From: Octopus vulgaris
Taxonomy: Eukaryota
Assembly: GCA_951406725.2 (NCBI GenBank)
Contig: OX597826.1
Coordinates: 43,896,001-43,960,000 of the forward strand
Direction: 5' to 3'
Length of the DNA stretch: 64,000 nucleotides
Positions 41,251 to 54,580 of this stretch are shown here, in pieces. The notes under the pieces were generated by a model that had not been told where the DNA came from, did no database searches, and was given only the letters and a program-made list of their open reading frames with translations. A program made the position numbers and the translations under genes. Position 1 is the stretch's first letter, and each line of letters starts with the position of its first letter.

Positions 41251-42360
41251 GCTAAGTAGCCATTTCGAGGTTTAGAAGCAGAAATCACATATTTTCCCAT
41301 TAACAATTCAACTCGAAGGTTTTTTTCAATTTTCTTGTTGCATAGTTTTTATTATTTTTTTATTTTGTGAGTGTATGCTCTTTTTTTTTCTTCTTGTTTT
41401 TCTACTGTAAAAAAGGAGAAGAAAAAAAATGCAAAACACGGAGCACTCGCTTATGATTATAGCAGCTTTTTAAAGGAAATTGCATTAAGGTTTTGACATG
41501 CTGAATTTGAAGGAGATTTCTATTATCTTGCATATATTCTCATTAGAATGTATTAAACTACACATGAAAATAACCATTAACTTTCCCAAAGGGCGGCTGA
41601 TTAGACATGAAAAATAACAGACTGAGTGTGAAATACAAAAATTGGAAGAGGGGAAAAATGGTTGAGGGAAGTGAAATTATTGTCCACCCTATTTCACGTA
41701 TGTGTGTGATTGTATTTTTTTCAAGGTGTAAAGTGCTTCTCTTTATGTGTGTATGCATGTGTGAAAGGGAGGGAGAATACGTGTGAGGGAGAGGGAGAGG
41801 GAGAAGTGAGAGAAAGAAAGCGAAAGAGGGACTGAGAGAGAGGGAGAGTATGTCAAAGAATTTGAAATTATTTCAGCGAAAGTGCTAACAAAACAACTCA
41901 ACACTTGCTACTCAGCCTAGCATATTTCTCGTCGTAGACATCACACATATTCGTGCGAGAGGTGGTAGTGATTTATATAAGATGTACGTACGACAATCGC
42001 CCAATATCGACCAAAGCTTTGTGAGTGAATTTGGTGAACGGAAACTGAAAGAAGCCCGTTATACTCTATGCGTAACCTATGAGTGTGTGTGTATGTGCTT
42101 GTCGTTCTGCATGGGTTTTTACCTTACCATCACCTGACAATCGGTGTTGGTTTTTCCCCTCGTAAGCTTCCAGTTCGGGGAAAAAGAGACCGCTAGAATA
42201 AGTGCCAGATTTAAAATACAAGTAGTGAAGTCGATTTGGTTGACTAAGCCCTTCAAGGTGGTGCCCCAGCATGATCCAGTTCAATGACTAAAACAGTATA
42301 AGTTGAATGATATATATATTTATATGATATATATATATATATTTATATTTATATATATGT

Positions 42361-42696
42361 ATATATGGCGTTCCTTCGTTTTAACTCGAGAAAACTATAA
42401 CAAGCTGTCGGTTGTTTCCGTGTCAACTCGACAATTCACTTCGGATATCTTCGTGACCTCCGTGACAGTGTACGTGTTCTGTTTTTATGTATTTATGTGT
42501 TGTGGAATATAGATATAACGAAATTATGCCAGCAAAAAGCCTTGCATATTTGTTCTTATCTGCTTCATGTATGTACGTAAAATCCGCAAATTTTCAGAGG
42601 TCACGAAGATATCCGAAGTGAATTGTCGAGTTGTCACGGAAACAACCGACAGTTTGTTATGGTTTTGTCGAGTTAAAACGAAGGAACGCCATATAT
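42361..42696. mobile_element. foldback/MITE-like element with about 100-bp terminal inverted repeats
   Basis: 42361-42460 is the reverse complement of 42597-42696 with few mismatches; termini GGCGTTCCTTCG and CGAAGGAACGCC embedded in (TA)n. Confidence 0.85.
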
Positions 42697-43099
42697 ATAT
42701 ATAAATTAAATACTAAGGGCCGAAATTAATATTATTAAATAATGTTAATTTCTGCCCTTAATATTTAAATTTTAAATATCCTTGTTCTCTAGTCAGTTAA
42801 TTCACTGCTGAATTCTATTCACTGCGATTTTTTTTTCTGGCTTGGTGCGCTAGTTGAAGACATTTGAATTGGAATTGCGATATATAATAGTGGAACACTA
42901 TGCGCACGTGTCCTCCCACGGAGACGGTTGGTATCTAGTTCGATTATTACGTGTCAGCAGCGATTTCACTGAGGGGCGAAACTTCGAGGTATGGAATTAA
43001 CTGCTTTTTTTTCCTTTCATTTGTCTTGCTCACAAACATCTACCACATTTGAGAAAATATTTTTCGTCGTAGAATGATTTGGCGTCTATCTTCAGCATA

Positions 43100-43472
43100 G
43101 GCGCAGGAGTGACTGTGTGGTAAGTAGCTTGCTTACCAACCACATGGTCCCGGGATCATTCCCATTGCGTAGTATCCTGGGCAAGTGTCTTCTACTATAG
43201 CCTCGGGTCTACCAAATCCTTGTGAGTGGATATGTGTGTATTTGTGGGTGGGTGTATATGTTTGTGAGTCTGTGTTTGTCCGCACAACATCGGCTTGACA
43301 TCCGATGCTGGTGTATTTACGTCCCCGTAACTTAGCGGTTCTGCAAAAGATTCCGATAGGATTAGTACTAGGCTTACAAAGAATAAGTCCTGGGGTCGAT
43401 TTGCTTGACTAAAGGCGGTGCTCCAGCATGGTCATAGTCAAATGACTGATACAAGTAAAAGAGTAAAAGAGT
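43100..43472 (+). mobile_element. family A SINE
   Basis: Colinear with 33349-33770, small internal deletion. Confidence 0.9.
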
Positions 43473-43990
43473 ATACAAGGAATCCAACAGCTGGTAGTGT
43501 TTCATACGACATGTATGTAACAACCAACTAACATCAACTTACATCACGTGGAGTAATAATTCCAGAAGGTATGTTAAGAGGTCTTTCTACAACAATGTTT
43601 AATTTTCATTAATGCTTTCCATTAGAGGCACAAACCCATTTTGTTCACCTAACGTGCGTCGCATTGTGACCGAACTCAAGATATTTTGATAGTGAGCTAA
43701 GAAAGTATCGTCCATTAAAAATATAAGCTTGGTCATCCAGTAAATCGGTATCGATAACGGAAATGCCAAACTAATTATTAGGATCGATAGAAATGAATTA
43801 AAAGCTATCGACCTGTGGCAGCAGGCCAATGACTGACACCAACCAGAGAATGAAGAATATATGTATGTATGTATGAATGTATGTATCTATGTATGTATGT
43901 AAGTATGTATGTATGTATGTATGTATGTATGTATGTATGTATGTATGTATGTATGTATGTATGTATGCGTGTGTCCTTCCATCTGCCTTG

Positions 43991-44033
<43 letters not shown>

Positions 44034-44090
44034 ATCTACCTATCTATCAATACATACATATACCCCGTCACACATATACATATACCCCGC

Positions 44091-44126
<36 letters not shown>

Positions 44127-44790
44127 CATACGTATGATATATCATATATCATACATCATATATATATATATACTTACGTGTACATACATAATTCTTATGG
44201 CATCAGCGATAGATATACATGCATATTTATGTTTGAGTGTGTACATAAATAATGTATTTCTCTATTATGTAGTTAACACAGGTTATGCAGTTCATTCATT
44301 CAAAGCTGACTGTTCCCTCTGTCGTTCTTTCAACTTTCGCGTTTTGTTTCGTGGCAATTGAATATCAAATTTAAATTTTCAACCTCTGAATCATCTCAAA
44401 ATTTCCGTTCAATCGCCTATAAATCTGTTACGTTTGTGTGACGTAGTAAGCCATGTTATACAATTAGTTGCAAGTATAACGCACTGGTTGCGCGCGGACA
44501 GCTTTCAGGTTTTGACTGCTTGATAGATAAGATATTACTTTTACAAATACTGCCAATATAGTATTAACCACTGTTCTCTTTCTTCTGCTTGCTCAATCAT
44601 ATCCCGTTTGCAAGTAAAAATTAAAAAAAAGCAACTAGGGAAGATGCTTATTATCATGTCTACATTTTTAGACGATTTCTTATTCATAAAAAAATTGCTT
44701 AATATCGTGTCTATATTTTCAGACGACTTTCTAGTTCATCATTTACGAGGTGGAATTTGTAAGCACACGAACATTTTCAGCTAGGCAAAG

Positions 44791-45170
44791 TATTCTCTTG
44801 AAAAACGCCGCCGCCGTGGTGATCTCATTCTCGCCCACAACATCATAAGCGGAAAGTGTAACCTCTCGAAAGAGCTGTTCTTCACTCCTGCTCCAGAGCG
44901 TCGGCTGCGGGGTCATTCCGAAAAGCTCTACCTGCGACGATTTCATCTTAATCGAAGGAGAGGAGCTTTCTCCGTCCGGGTTGCGGATCCGTGGAACAAG
45001 CTGCCAGACGAGATGGTGAAGATGCCGACGACCGCTTTGTTCAAAGCCTCCCTGGACCTCAAGTGGCCTGAACTCTTTACATGAACACCACCCTGTACTT
45101 AACTCCATGTCCCCCTACATGGCCTTGCTATTTGCTTTTGAGCCAAATTAACTAACTAACTAACTAACTA
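44791..45170 (+). mobile_element. CR1-type LINE 3' end (ORF2 C-terminus 44791-45084, 3' UTR, (AACT)n tail)
   Basis: Open frame YSLEKRRRRGDLILAHNII...RLRGHSEKL...FSVRVADPWNKLPDEMV...FKASLD, the typical CR1 ORF2 end. Confidence 0.9.
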
Positions 45171-45614
45171 AGCATTTTAAAAGGCCGTATGCGTATATAA
45201 TACGGATATGTAGAGCAGGCGTTTTTATATCGGCTTGCGTAAAATGCTGCATTTAAGGGAATATAAAGAATATAGTGTGTCCATATTTATCTCGCTTTCA
45301 TTTAAATTTCGAATATTATAAAGAATTGGCGTCTTGTAATTATTGATCTAAATGAGTCAGTACATTAACTATGCATACACTTAAAAGCGTTTCAGTGAGA
45401 ATGATGGTATTATTCTCATAGCCACCGCTAACGAACCATGTATACGCGCAGTGCATTGAACTTTATTAACATAATAGGAGGAGGAGATGCGGAAAACATC
45501 CGTACTCCTTCATCACTAGGAAACATAACGCTGAAACGTAGGAAACATAATGCTGAAATATACTCCGTAATATAACCCATGGTCAAATAGCTGACATCAG
45601 AATATATATATTTA

Positions 45615-46855
45615 TATGAGAATGTGCTGAAAAGTTCATAGGCTGACTATGAAGGAGCGATGCTAGAGCTGTGAAATCTTGCGTGCATTAATTTCAACCG
45701 TTTTTATTTATTTCTGCATTGTTCTTTCCAATGAGCTGACATCTGACTACAAATTCAACTTACCATTCTTAAAATTCAACAAAGTTTGGCATCGTAATAT
45801 TATCAAGTAACTGTCAAAAAAAAGGGTTTAGCCTGCAAGAACATTTATGCTGACGCGCTTGCTACAATAGGGAATGACGCTCTAGCTTTATCAACGGTGT
45901 AAAAGCGAGCAGGTGAACTTAGGAGGGAAAGAAAAGTCTTCTAGATGATCCAAGGTCTCGATTGTATTCACCACATCGAGATGGATGATAGGTGACTGAC
46001 TATAAATCAAACAGCAAATACTACTAGCATATTTTGGAGAGGGTTGAGAATATTTTGCACAATGTACATGGTATATCAAAGGTTTCTGTTCAGCGGGTAC
46101 CACATCATCTAACACCTGATCAAAAGTTCACAAGTCTGATCACATCATTGGAAAATCTGGCATTGTTTGAGGCAGATCCAGTTGGTTTCTTTGAGCGTTG
46201 TCCTAACCCAAGATGAGCGTTGCGTTCATTACTTTGAGCCAAAGTCAAAGCGTTAATCTATGCAGTGCAAACCACACCCTCACTTGTTGCAAAGAAAGCC
46301 ATGGTCATTTCATGTGCAGGGAAGTTGAAGGCCTCAATTTTTCGTGGATGCAAGAAGCATTGTGCTTATTGGCTATCTTCAAAAGGGCCACCCATCAGCA
46401 AAGAGTACTATGCGAACTTGCTGGGGTAGTTACGAAAGGCTATGAAGAGCAAACGGTTGGGAAAACTGACGAAAGGGGTCTTGTGTCATCAGAGCAATGC
46501 TTCAGTAACCAAGTAGTTGGTTTCAATGCCTGCAGTGCGTGTCTGTGGCTTTGAACTTTATCGATCACCCTTCCTTTTCTCCTGATTTGGCCTCATCTAT
46601 CATCTATTCTTCAACGTAAATAAACACTTGGCTCGAAACAAGTATCGTAGTGATGAAGTAGTCATATCTGCTGCTGATGACGTTTTTGACTAACAAGATG
46701 AAAGCTTCTTTCCCGATGGGACCCAAGAACTACTTAATCGAAGAATTGTGTAGATCACAATGGTTGGGGGCTATGTTGAAAAATAAACATTATTTGGTCA
46801 CATTCTAAGAGAATACCTTGGTAAGCCTATGAACTTATCAGACGAACCTCTTGTA
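45615..46855 (+). mobile_element. full-length but decayed mariner DNA transposon
   Basis: TIRs TGAGAATGTGCTGAAAAGTTCATAGGCT and AGCCTATGAACTTATCAG..CCTCTTG with TA flanks; about 1.24 kb; remnant ILHNVHGISKVSVQRVPHHLTPDQK. Confidence 0.85.
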
Positions 46856-46944
46856 TGTGTGTGTGTGCGTAAGTATGTTTGTGTGTGTACACACCTACAT
46901 ATATGTATGCACACACACACACACATATATATATATACACACAC

Positions 46945-47043
<99 letters not shown>

Positions 47044-47182
47044 TATATATATAAGCGTCCAATAACACTATACTTGTCCCACATCCTCGCGTTGTTGTTT
47101 TCTCTTTCTCCAAATTTTTCTCTCTATATATATACATATGTATGTATGTATGTATGCATGTATGTATGCATATGTATCTCTC

Positions 47183-47233
<51 letters not shown>

Positions 47234-48234
47234 AAATACAATTTCGTCGATGAGAAAGTGAAACACATGTATTGCATTATAAATGTTATATCGATGTAGC
47301 ATACAAGACAAGACGTTGCTCTAGTCTGAACTGACCGAAAGAGTTAAAACGAAAGAAACAAAAAAAAAAGCCAATGTAGAAAAGGCGCTTTAGCAGCAGG
47401 AAATATTGAAATAATTAAGTTCTCACTGATATCATAAAATAATGGCATAGACGTCAGTCGGTGTATCTTGAGGGCAATATGCGATAGACATCATAGATAA
47501 AGCTCAAATAAACCATTATAGCTTTTTGATATAGCTTGCTTGGAGAATATTGAAATAGACAAAACTTCAACAATATAGAAGAATATTACATTTTACATTT
47601 TATCTTTATATAGAAGACAGCTTTCTGATGGGAATACTGTATAGTATAAAGAATACTCTACGGGTTAAAAATAAATTAATGGATGAGAACGCTGATCTGG
47701 AAGAATCGTTAGTATGCCGAGCATAATGCTTAGAGGCGTTACATTTTGAGTTCAAAATCCGGCGAGGTCAACTTTGTTTTCCTTTCCTCCGGGAGGTGTG
47801 ATAGGTTTGTACCAGTTAAGCACTAAGGTCAATGTAATTGACTTGCTCTTCCCCTGTAAAATTACTGACCCTGCAACAAAATTAGAAAACAATGTTGTTA
47901 TCATAATTTTATTATTCAGTCCAGGTCGACTTTGACTTTCATCCTATCGAGGTCAATCAAATAAGTATCAGTCGGGCACTGGTATCGGTGTAATTGACTA
48001 ACCCCACTTCCACGCAGTTTTTATAATAGGAATAATAATAATTATTATTGTTATTGAGTGAGAGAGCAGCGCATACCATCAAAGTGACACCGGGGTACAA
48101 ATATGTGAATCCCACGATACGCATCATGACTACCTTTCAACTTTGTTTCCATTTCTTGCAGAATGTCTTCTCGAAACACATAGTAAAAAACTCGCTGTAT
48201 ATATTGGTAAATTATCATTATTGTTATTATTATT

Positions 48235-48781
48235 GAGTGAGAGAGCAGTGCATGCCATCAAAGTGACACTGGGGTTCAAATATGGGAATCCCACTATACC
48301 AAACATGACTACTCGTCTGATAAGGATACACCAGAAACATACATCACAACCATACGTGCGTGACATGGTGATCTCACATCAAGATAAACATCGCATGACC
48401 TTGTAAGTGGGACTCGGTTTAAACTTTCTGCAGGTCGAGTAGCCCATCCTGCTCAAAAGTCCCAGAATAAGGTTTGTTTAATGATGATGAACGAAACACC
48501 AATGTTTCCCGGGAGAACTATCCAAACCCTCAAAGAATTCCTCTCAACACATGGATATGACGCTCCCCTACTATACCTGGTAGTGATCAGAGATGCGCTT
48601 ATCGTCAGCCACTAAAGGACATGCGCCACTGATTAAATTCAAGCAATTGACAAATAAATCTGTGGTATTGAACAGAATATTTGCTGTAGCCCAGCTTTAT
48701 ACCAAGACAAAATATGTACATGATAACTCTTACAATCAGTTAAGATCAAAATCCATGACAGCCAATGCCTGGCACTGCATC
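48235..48781 (-). mobile_element. second copy of the (AAT)n-tailed element
   Basis: Reverse complement of 18422-18970. Confidence 0.8.
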
Positions 48782-48789
48782 AGGGCTAT

Positions 48790-48947
48790 TTCTTCTTCTT
48801 CTTCTTCTTCTTCTTCTTCTTCTTCTTCTTCTTCTTCTTCTTCTTCTTCTTCTTCTTCTTCTTCTTCTTCTTCTTCTTCTTCTTCTTCTTCTTCTTCTTC
48901 TTCTTCTTCTTCTTCTTCTTCTTCTTCTTCTTCTTCTTCTTCTTCTT
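48790..48947. repeat. perfect (TTC)n/(GAA)n microsatellite, about 52 units
   Basis: Directly visible. Confidence 0.98.
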
Positions 48948-49081
48948 TTCCCTATTATTATTATTACTAAAACGGTGAGTTGGCAAAATATTTCGCTCGC
49001 TGGACGAAATGCCCAGCGGTGTTTCGCCCGTCGCTACGCTCTGAGTTCAAATTCCGCCGAGGTCAACTTTGCCTTTCATCC

Positions 49082-49635
49082 TTAGAGACACAACACTTTC
49101 CCGAACACATGAGCTGTCCCAAGTATTGCTGCCAACTGAATACTTCCTATGAAATTTGTTAATTGCAGCCTTTGATGCCAGAAGATTGCTCTTTTTGAGA
49201 TAGCCCCATGAGCACCGATCATAATCTGTACCACAGCCACGTTTGAGGCTCTACGGATTCTTTTCACTTCCAATACTAAGTCTTGGTATTTCCCAACTTT
49301 CTAGTCTTCTGTATTTACAAAATTTTAACCTGCAGGTATTGCTCTGTCAATGCAGGTCCATTCTTTGGCTTTGTTCTGTAGGAGAGTATTATCTGGTCGC
49401 TTATGGTACAACATTTTTCTGTATATATTGAGTCTCGCTTGATCATTCTCTGCTACTGGCAAAGGTTGGTCTCATACCTCTTGTTGGGACATTCTAGCCC
49501 ATACTTCTTGCATAACTCCCAGTGTATTCACACAGCTAATTTATCATGGCGTTTTACTTACTCCTTTTAAGTTAGCTTTGAGCTACCACTGATTATATGC
49601 CTAAACGTCTCAGGTGATTTTCCATAACCTAACCT
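49082..49635 (-). pseudogene. R4/Dong-like RLE retrotransposon 3' coding fragment
   Basis: Minus strand ETFRHIISGSSKL..KRHDKLAV.IHWELCKKYG (zinc-knuckle region) and IMIGAHGAIS...IQLAAILGTAHVFGKVL. Confidence 0.78.
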
Positions 49636-50213
49636 TAGAAACCAATACAAATGAATGGATTTCGGTTAGAATTTCTGACTTGGTGTGTTCAGCTGTACAA
49701 TTGACTAAACTACGTGGCATGTAGAATTAGCATATAAGAGGCTGAGTATTCCCCAGTACCGTGTAACCTTAATATAATTCTGAAACAGAGAGTAGTGTGA
49801 TAAGGCTGGACCTATTGATTACAGATACAGGTTGTCTCGAGGGTATCGGTAATTGCGCTTGCTCAGGGTACCACGTAACGGTACTGAAACAGGGACCTCA
49901 TGATTACAAAGTAAACGCCTATAACATTTAGCCATACTAATTAATAATAGAAATGTGATTTAGCAGTAACCACATGTTGAATGATTAAATTAGTCTAATT
50001 GATACAAAAACATTCTTCCACTTAATTTACTTCAAATAAGGTTTCTGTATATCCAGAGCCTAAATGGATCCTAGCAGATTCAATTTGCTGTTTCATTAAA
50101 CGGATCTAAATAGCTCCATAATGTATAAGTATTCATGTCTTTGTTCATCATTCGCTTTTAAACCACGCAGACCACGCAATTACTTTTAGATACAGGAAAA
50201 TTTTATTTGTTTA

Positions 50214-50493
50214 ACTAGCAGTATCACCCGGCGTTGCTCGGGTTTGGAAGGGAAATAACTATATAAGCATTTTTAGAGAGATATAGCCAAAAAATAGCAA
50301 AAAAATGCATTAAAAATGGAAAAAAAATGATGGTAAATTTTTTAAAAATCGTTGACTCATCGTAGACATTTTTAGAGAGTTACTTCCCTTATATAATACC
50401 CGGTTTTGGTTAAACTGCACCGCAAAATGTGGGAGTAGTTAGGAATCTAAATCGTAGGAGACAGACACACAACTTGACTTTTATATATAAAGA
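50214..50493 (-). mobile_element. non-autonomous Helitron
   Basis: Minus strand starts A|TCTTTATATATAAAAG and ends with hairpin CCCGAGCAACGCCGGG plus CTAGT|T; no target duplication. Confidence 0.8.
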
Positions 50494-50499
50494 TATGCA

Positions 50500-50950
50500 C
50501 AGGCGTGACTGTGTGATAAGGAACTTACTTCTCAGCCACAAAATTCCGGTTTCAGTCTCACTGTGTGGCATCTTGGGCAAGTGAGTGTCTTCTGGTATAG
50601 TCTCAGGCTGACCAAAGCCTTGTGAGTGGATTTGCTATTCGGAAACTGAAAGAAGCCCAGCTGATACGATCAACGGAACAGCTTGCTCGTGAAATTAACG
50701 TGCAAGTGGCTGAGCATTCCACAGACACATGTACCCTAAATGCAGTTCTCGGAGAGAGATTGAGCGTGACACAGAGTGTGACAAGGCTGGCCCTTTGAAA
50801 TACAGGCACTACACATTTTTGCCAGTTGAGTGGATTGGAGCAATGTGAAATAAAGTGTTTTGCTCAAGGATACAACGTGTCACCGGGAATTGAACTCACG
50901 ACCTTACGATCATGAACCGAATGCCCCTAATCACTAAGTCACGTGCCTTC

Positions 50951-50995
<45 letters not shown>

Positions 50996-51285
50996 TGCGC
51001 ATATATATACACACACACACATACATACATATGTGTATGTGCGTACGTGTGTATGTGTGCGTGTGTTCGTCTCTGTGGTTGTCCCCTACCACTGCTTGAC
51101 AACCAGTGTTGATGTGTTTACATCCCGTAACTTAGCAATTTGGCAAAAGTGACCGATAGTATAAGTACCAGACTGAACTAAAAAAGATAAGTACTGGGGT
51201 AGATTCATTTGACTAAATATACTTCAGGCCGGTGCCATAGCATGGCCGCAGTCTAATGATCGAGCCATGTAAAAGATAAAAAAAT
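50500..51285 (+). mobile_element. family A SINE interrupted by an antisense family C SINE (50657-50953)
   Basis: 5' half at 50500-50658, 3' half at 51060-51285. Confidence 0.8.
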
Positions 51286-51335
51286 GCACGTACGTGTTCA
51301 ATTTATTCTAAGTGTATGTTCTCTATTGGTAGACA

Positions 51336-51535
51336 CAGAAGTGGGTGCTGAAAAGTTCCGGGCTCTAAGGGTGTCGCAAAGGGCCTGGTTGGAGACCCAA
51401 CATTACAAAAAACAAAGGACCACTGCAATAAGCATATGAATCTGAGGAGGGAATATGTTGAATAAAATCATAATTAACTGATCCTCCTGTATTTTTTTAT
51501 ACCAAAACCCAGGAAATTTTCAGTACTTCCTTGTA
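51336..51535. mobile_element. mariner-derived MITE
   Basis: TIR-like GGGTGCTGAAAAGTTCCGGGCT and ACCCAGGAAATTTTCAGTACTTCCTTGTA, related to the TIRs of 45615-46855. Confidence 0.7.
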
Positions 51536-52023
51536 TTTTAGAAGTTAAAACACTACGAGACACAACTAAACTGCGACTACACACAGAGATTCAAATAATC
51601 ACAACTAAACGCCATGTCGAATACAAATGAACATCCATTAAATACATGACATGTTTTTATGACTAAACACAACATAAGGCACACATAATTACAAGCTAAA
51701 CACTATAATAGCGATAGAAGCCATCTTGTTTAAACGCCTACATGAAACACACACACTCATATACACGCTTGTACGAACAACGCACAAGGATACACGTATA
51801 TACACACGTAAAGAAAAAATGATTCTTCCATAGCTATAAACACAGACATAATTTTCCTAAGCTAAATATCACCATATACATTCATACACACACACAGTCG
51901 CGCGCATACGCACACACATTTGCATAAATTAATCCCAAATAAGCACAACGATAGACACACCACAGTTCGCATTGCTCTCTGTATTACTGTATGATAATCA
52001 CGTGAACATAAGAGTTCGTTTAC

Positions 52024-52059
52024 CTTATAAACATGGCAGCACTAGCTTCTATTTTAATG
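52024..52059 (-). CDS. candidate 36-nt exon (xIKIEASAAMFIR, phase 2-2, or a start exon with GCTGCCATG)
   Basis: Minus strand CTAAC branch-like motif, TTATTACTTACAG acceptor, AAG|GTAAAC donor; length divisible by 3. Confidence 0.35.
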
Positions 52060-54580
52060 CTGTAAGTAATAAGTAATAATATGTTAGATACAACTTTTCT
52101 TTTAAATAACTGTATAAGCAATCTCTCTCTTCCTCCAAAATCTCTATTCATTGCTTGCTTGCAAGATGCGTTATCAATAGTATTATCAACTTCTATTTCT
52201 TTGAATCTCCATTCGCTGATTCCCACTGAAGATATTATCAGTACACAAGAGAATATAAGGTACCCTACGGTCATAAACACTATTTATAAAAACAGAGTCA
52301 TGCCGATTCAAGTTCAAAGAAAATTCCCTGTCTTTTGTAAAACGCAAAATTAAAATGTTGAATCCAAATTTTAATAGGCAGGACCGTATTTTTCCCCATA
52401 GCAACAATGTGCCAATGACAAACCTAATGTAGTTTTTAAATGGGAAGGACACTTTCTTTACACACTAGATTAGGAGAAATTGGATTATTATTATTATTGT
52501 TATTATTTTTTTATTGTTTAATTTTTAAACACTAGCTCAATCGCCCCTCAACATCAAATCAAATCAAACTGCCATATAGCCAAGCAACCACTCAGTTTTA
52601 AATCACGTGTTTTTAATTCATTTTTAATGTATGGAATCGTCTGTAAGAATTACACATCTGAAGGTCTTTTAATGCTTCCATAGTTATTTTTAATGGCTCA
52701 TTCTATAGAACTGTGCTGCTAACGTGTGAGTCGTAGAGCTAAAGCTAATGGTTATTTCTGGTACTTTATATTTGCGATATAAGGCTGTGACACATGGCAT
52801 CCCTTATATGACGCTAATTACCTCCTTCCCACCCACCCACCCAAAAAGGAAACGAAAGCAACAAACAATATTGAAATCTAACGATGTCAACTCTGCCATA
52901 TTTCTGTTTGGAATTTGTTGCAAGAAGTCGATAATTACAAAATGATATTTTCAATAGTCGCACATATTTAAAACACTTTTCTCTATCGACTACTTATATA
53001 TTTACTAGTCACAGAATATAAATTAAACCAGGATTACTGGATCTTATTTTACTCCCTATTATTATTTGTCGATATTGTTGTTAAGTTCTAGATGGGCCAT
53101 TTGTCCGTAAACTTTTAATGAAAGTAATTCCAGTCGTGATCACCCCACTGATTATTCAGCTTTAGTACATCTAGCTCTATGCTAGTCAACAAGTTTTTCT
53201 TGAAGTAATGTAAAAAATTGACCCTTGTTTCTAAGGAGAGCTTCCCAGGTGCATCAGAGTATCGTTTTGGGGCACATAATCAGTTGTTGAAGAGGTGTAA
53301 TATAGTCAGGTACGTCTAATCCGGTACATTTCTAGTACTTAGTCTATCAAATCTTGGGGAAGAACGAAAAGCAAAGTCCACCATAATGTAATTAGAAGTG
53401 AAAATGAAAGAAGAAGAAAGTATGTACAGTAAGTCTTTGAGTAAGACATTCAATATTCTGGCTAATTCCTGGTCCATGTTGCTAAGTATATAATATTGAT
53501 TTCTTTGGCTCAGACGTAAAGCTTCATATTTTTCTGATGGAGGAAAATATTCAGTGGCAGTCGTGTCGATCTTAAGTGTATTTGTAATGGAAGCAACATT
53601 AAATTACTTTAATGAGAAAACAGGGACCAAGTGGCAGCCATTTTTGCCAGCAGATAACTCCATTCTTCAGAAATCACAAATAATAGTATAAAAGAATTTT
53701 TTTTTGACGTTCTAGAAATTTATGTATTTAGATGGAAGAAAACACGAATCATAAAATTAGCTACATATCTTCAGCGAAAAGTCTTAAACTGAGAGTAAGA
53801 ACTGTATATTAATCACCGCTTCGCCGGAAGTTTATCTCATTCTCTATGGAAGTCTTAAACACTAAACAAAATATTCTTTCTTTTTTTAAACCAAGGCGCG
53901 ACTCTAATGTTTGAAGAAAAAGCGATATAATCAGCAATATATACCACAGTTTAATATGAAATATTTATACAAACATCCATAATTGACTTAGTTTTTAACT
54001 TAAAACATTGAAAGCGTGAATTGAATACAGGAAAACACGAAATTTGACATTATATCATTACTGTAAAGCTTTACCTTTACTGAAGTAGGAGGTTGTGATG
54101 TTCATCCTTATATCAAATGCATCAGGGGGAATGTTATTTAAAATGGTTTTAATACGGGGCTGAAACTACTCAAAGGTTTTGGCTGCGCGCCATAAAATAA
54201 TATTAAAATATTGACTAACGTTTTATTTCTGAAAGTTCACCGTTATATAATTGCAACAATGGTATGTTTTCCGATGAGGGTTATCGGAGGCATGATTACT
54301 GCTAAGTGAAAACTATAAATATAATTTTATGAAGTTTCAAAACATTTCAGTAACGACTTCTGTCTGATATAAACCGAATAACAAGAGATTTACTCGATGT
54401 GTTTATGATACTGAAACAAATAAAACCATAAGCGCAATTCATATATCTTAGTCTTATATCTTTCTAGATTTTCTTGCTTTTTGACTTTCATAAAATTGTC
54501 TCCGTCTTTTTGAGTTGATGACATCTTGTTATTATCTCCCTTTACAGCTTTTATGCGGCTATTCTTTCCAATATAGAATC

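Noticed and set aside
44743-45108. 121-aa minus-strand ORF
   Set aside because: Antisense shadow of the CR1 ORF2 end
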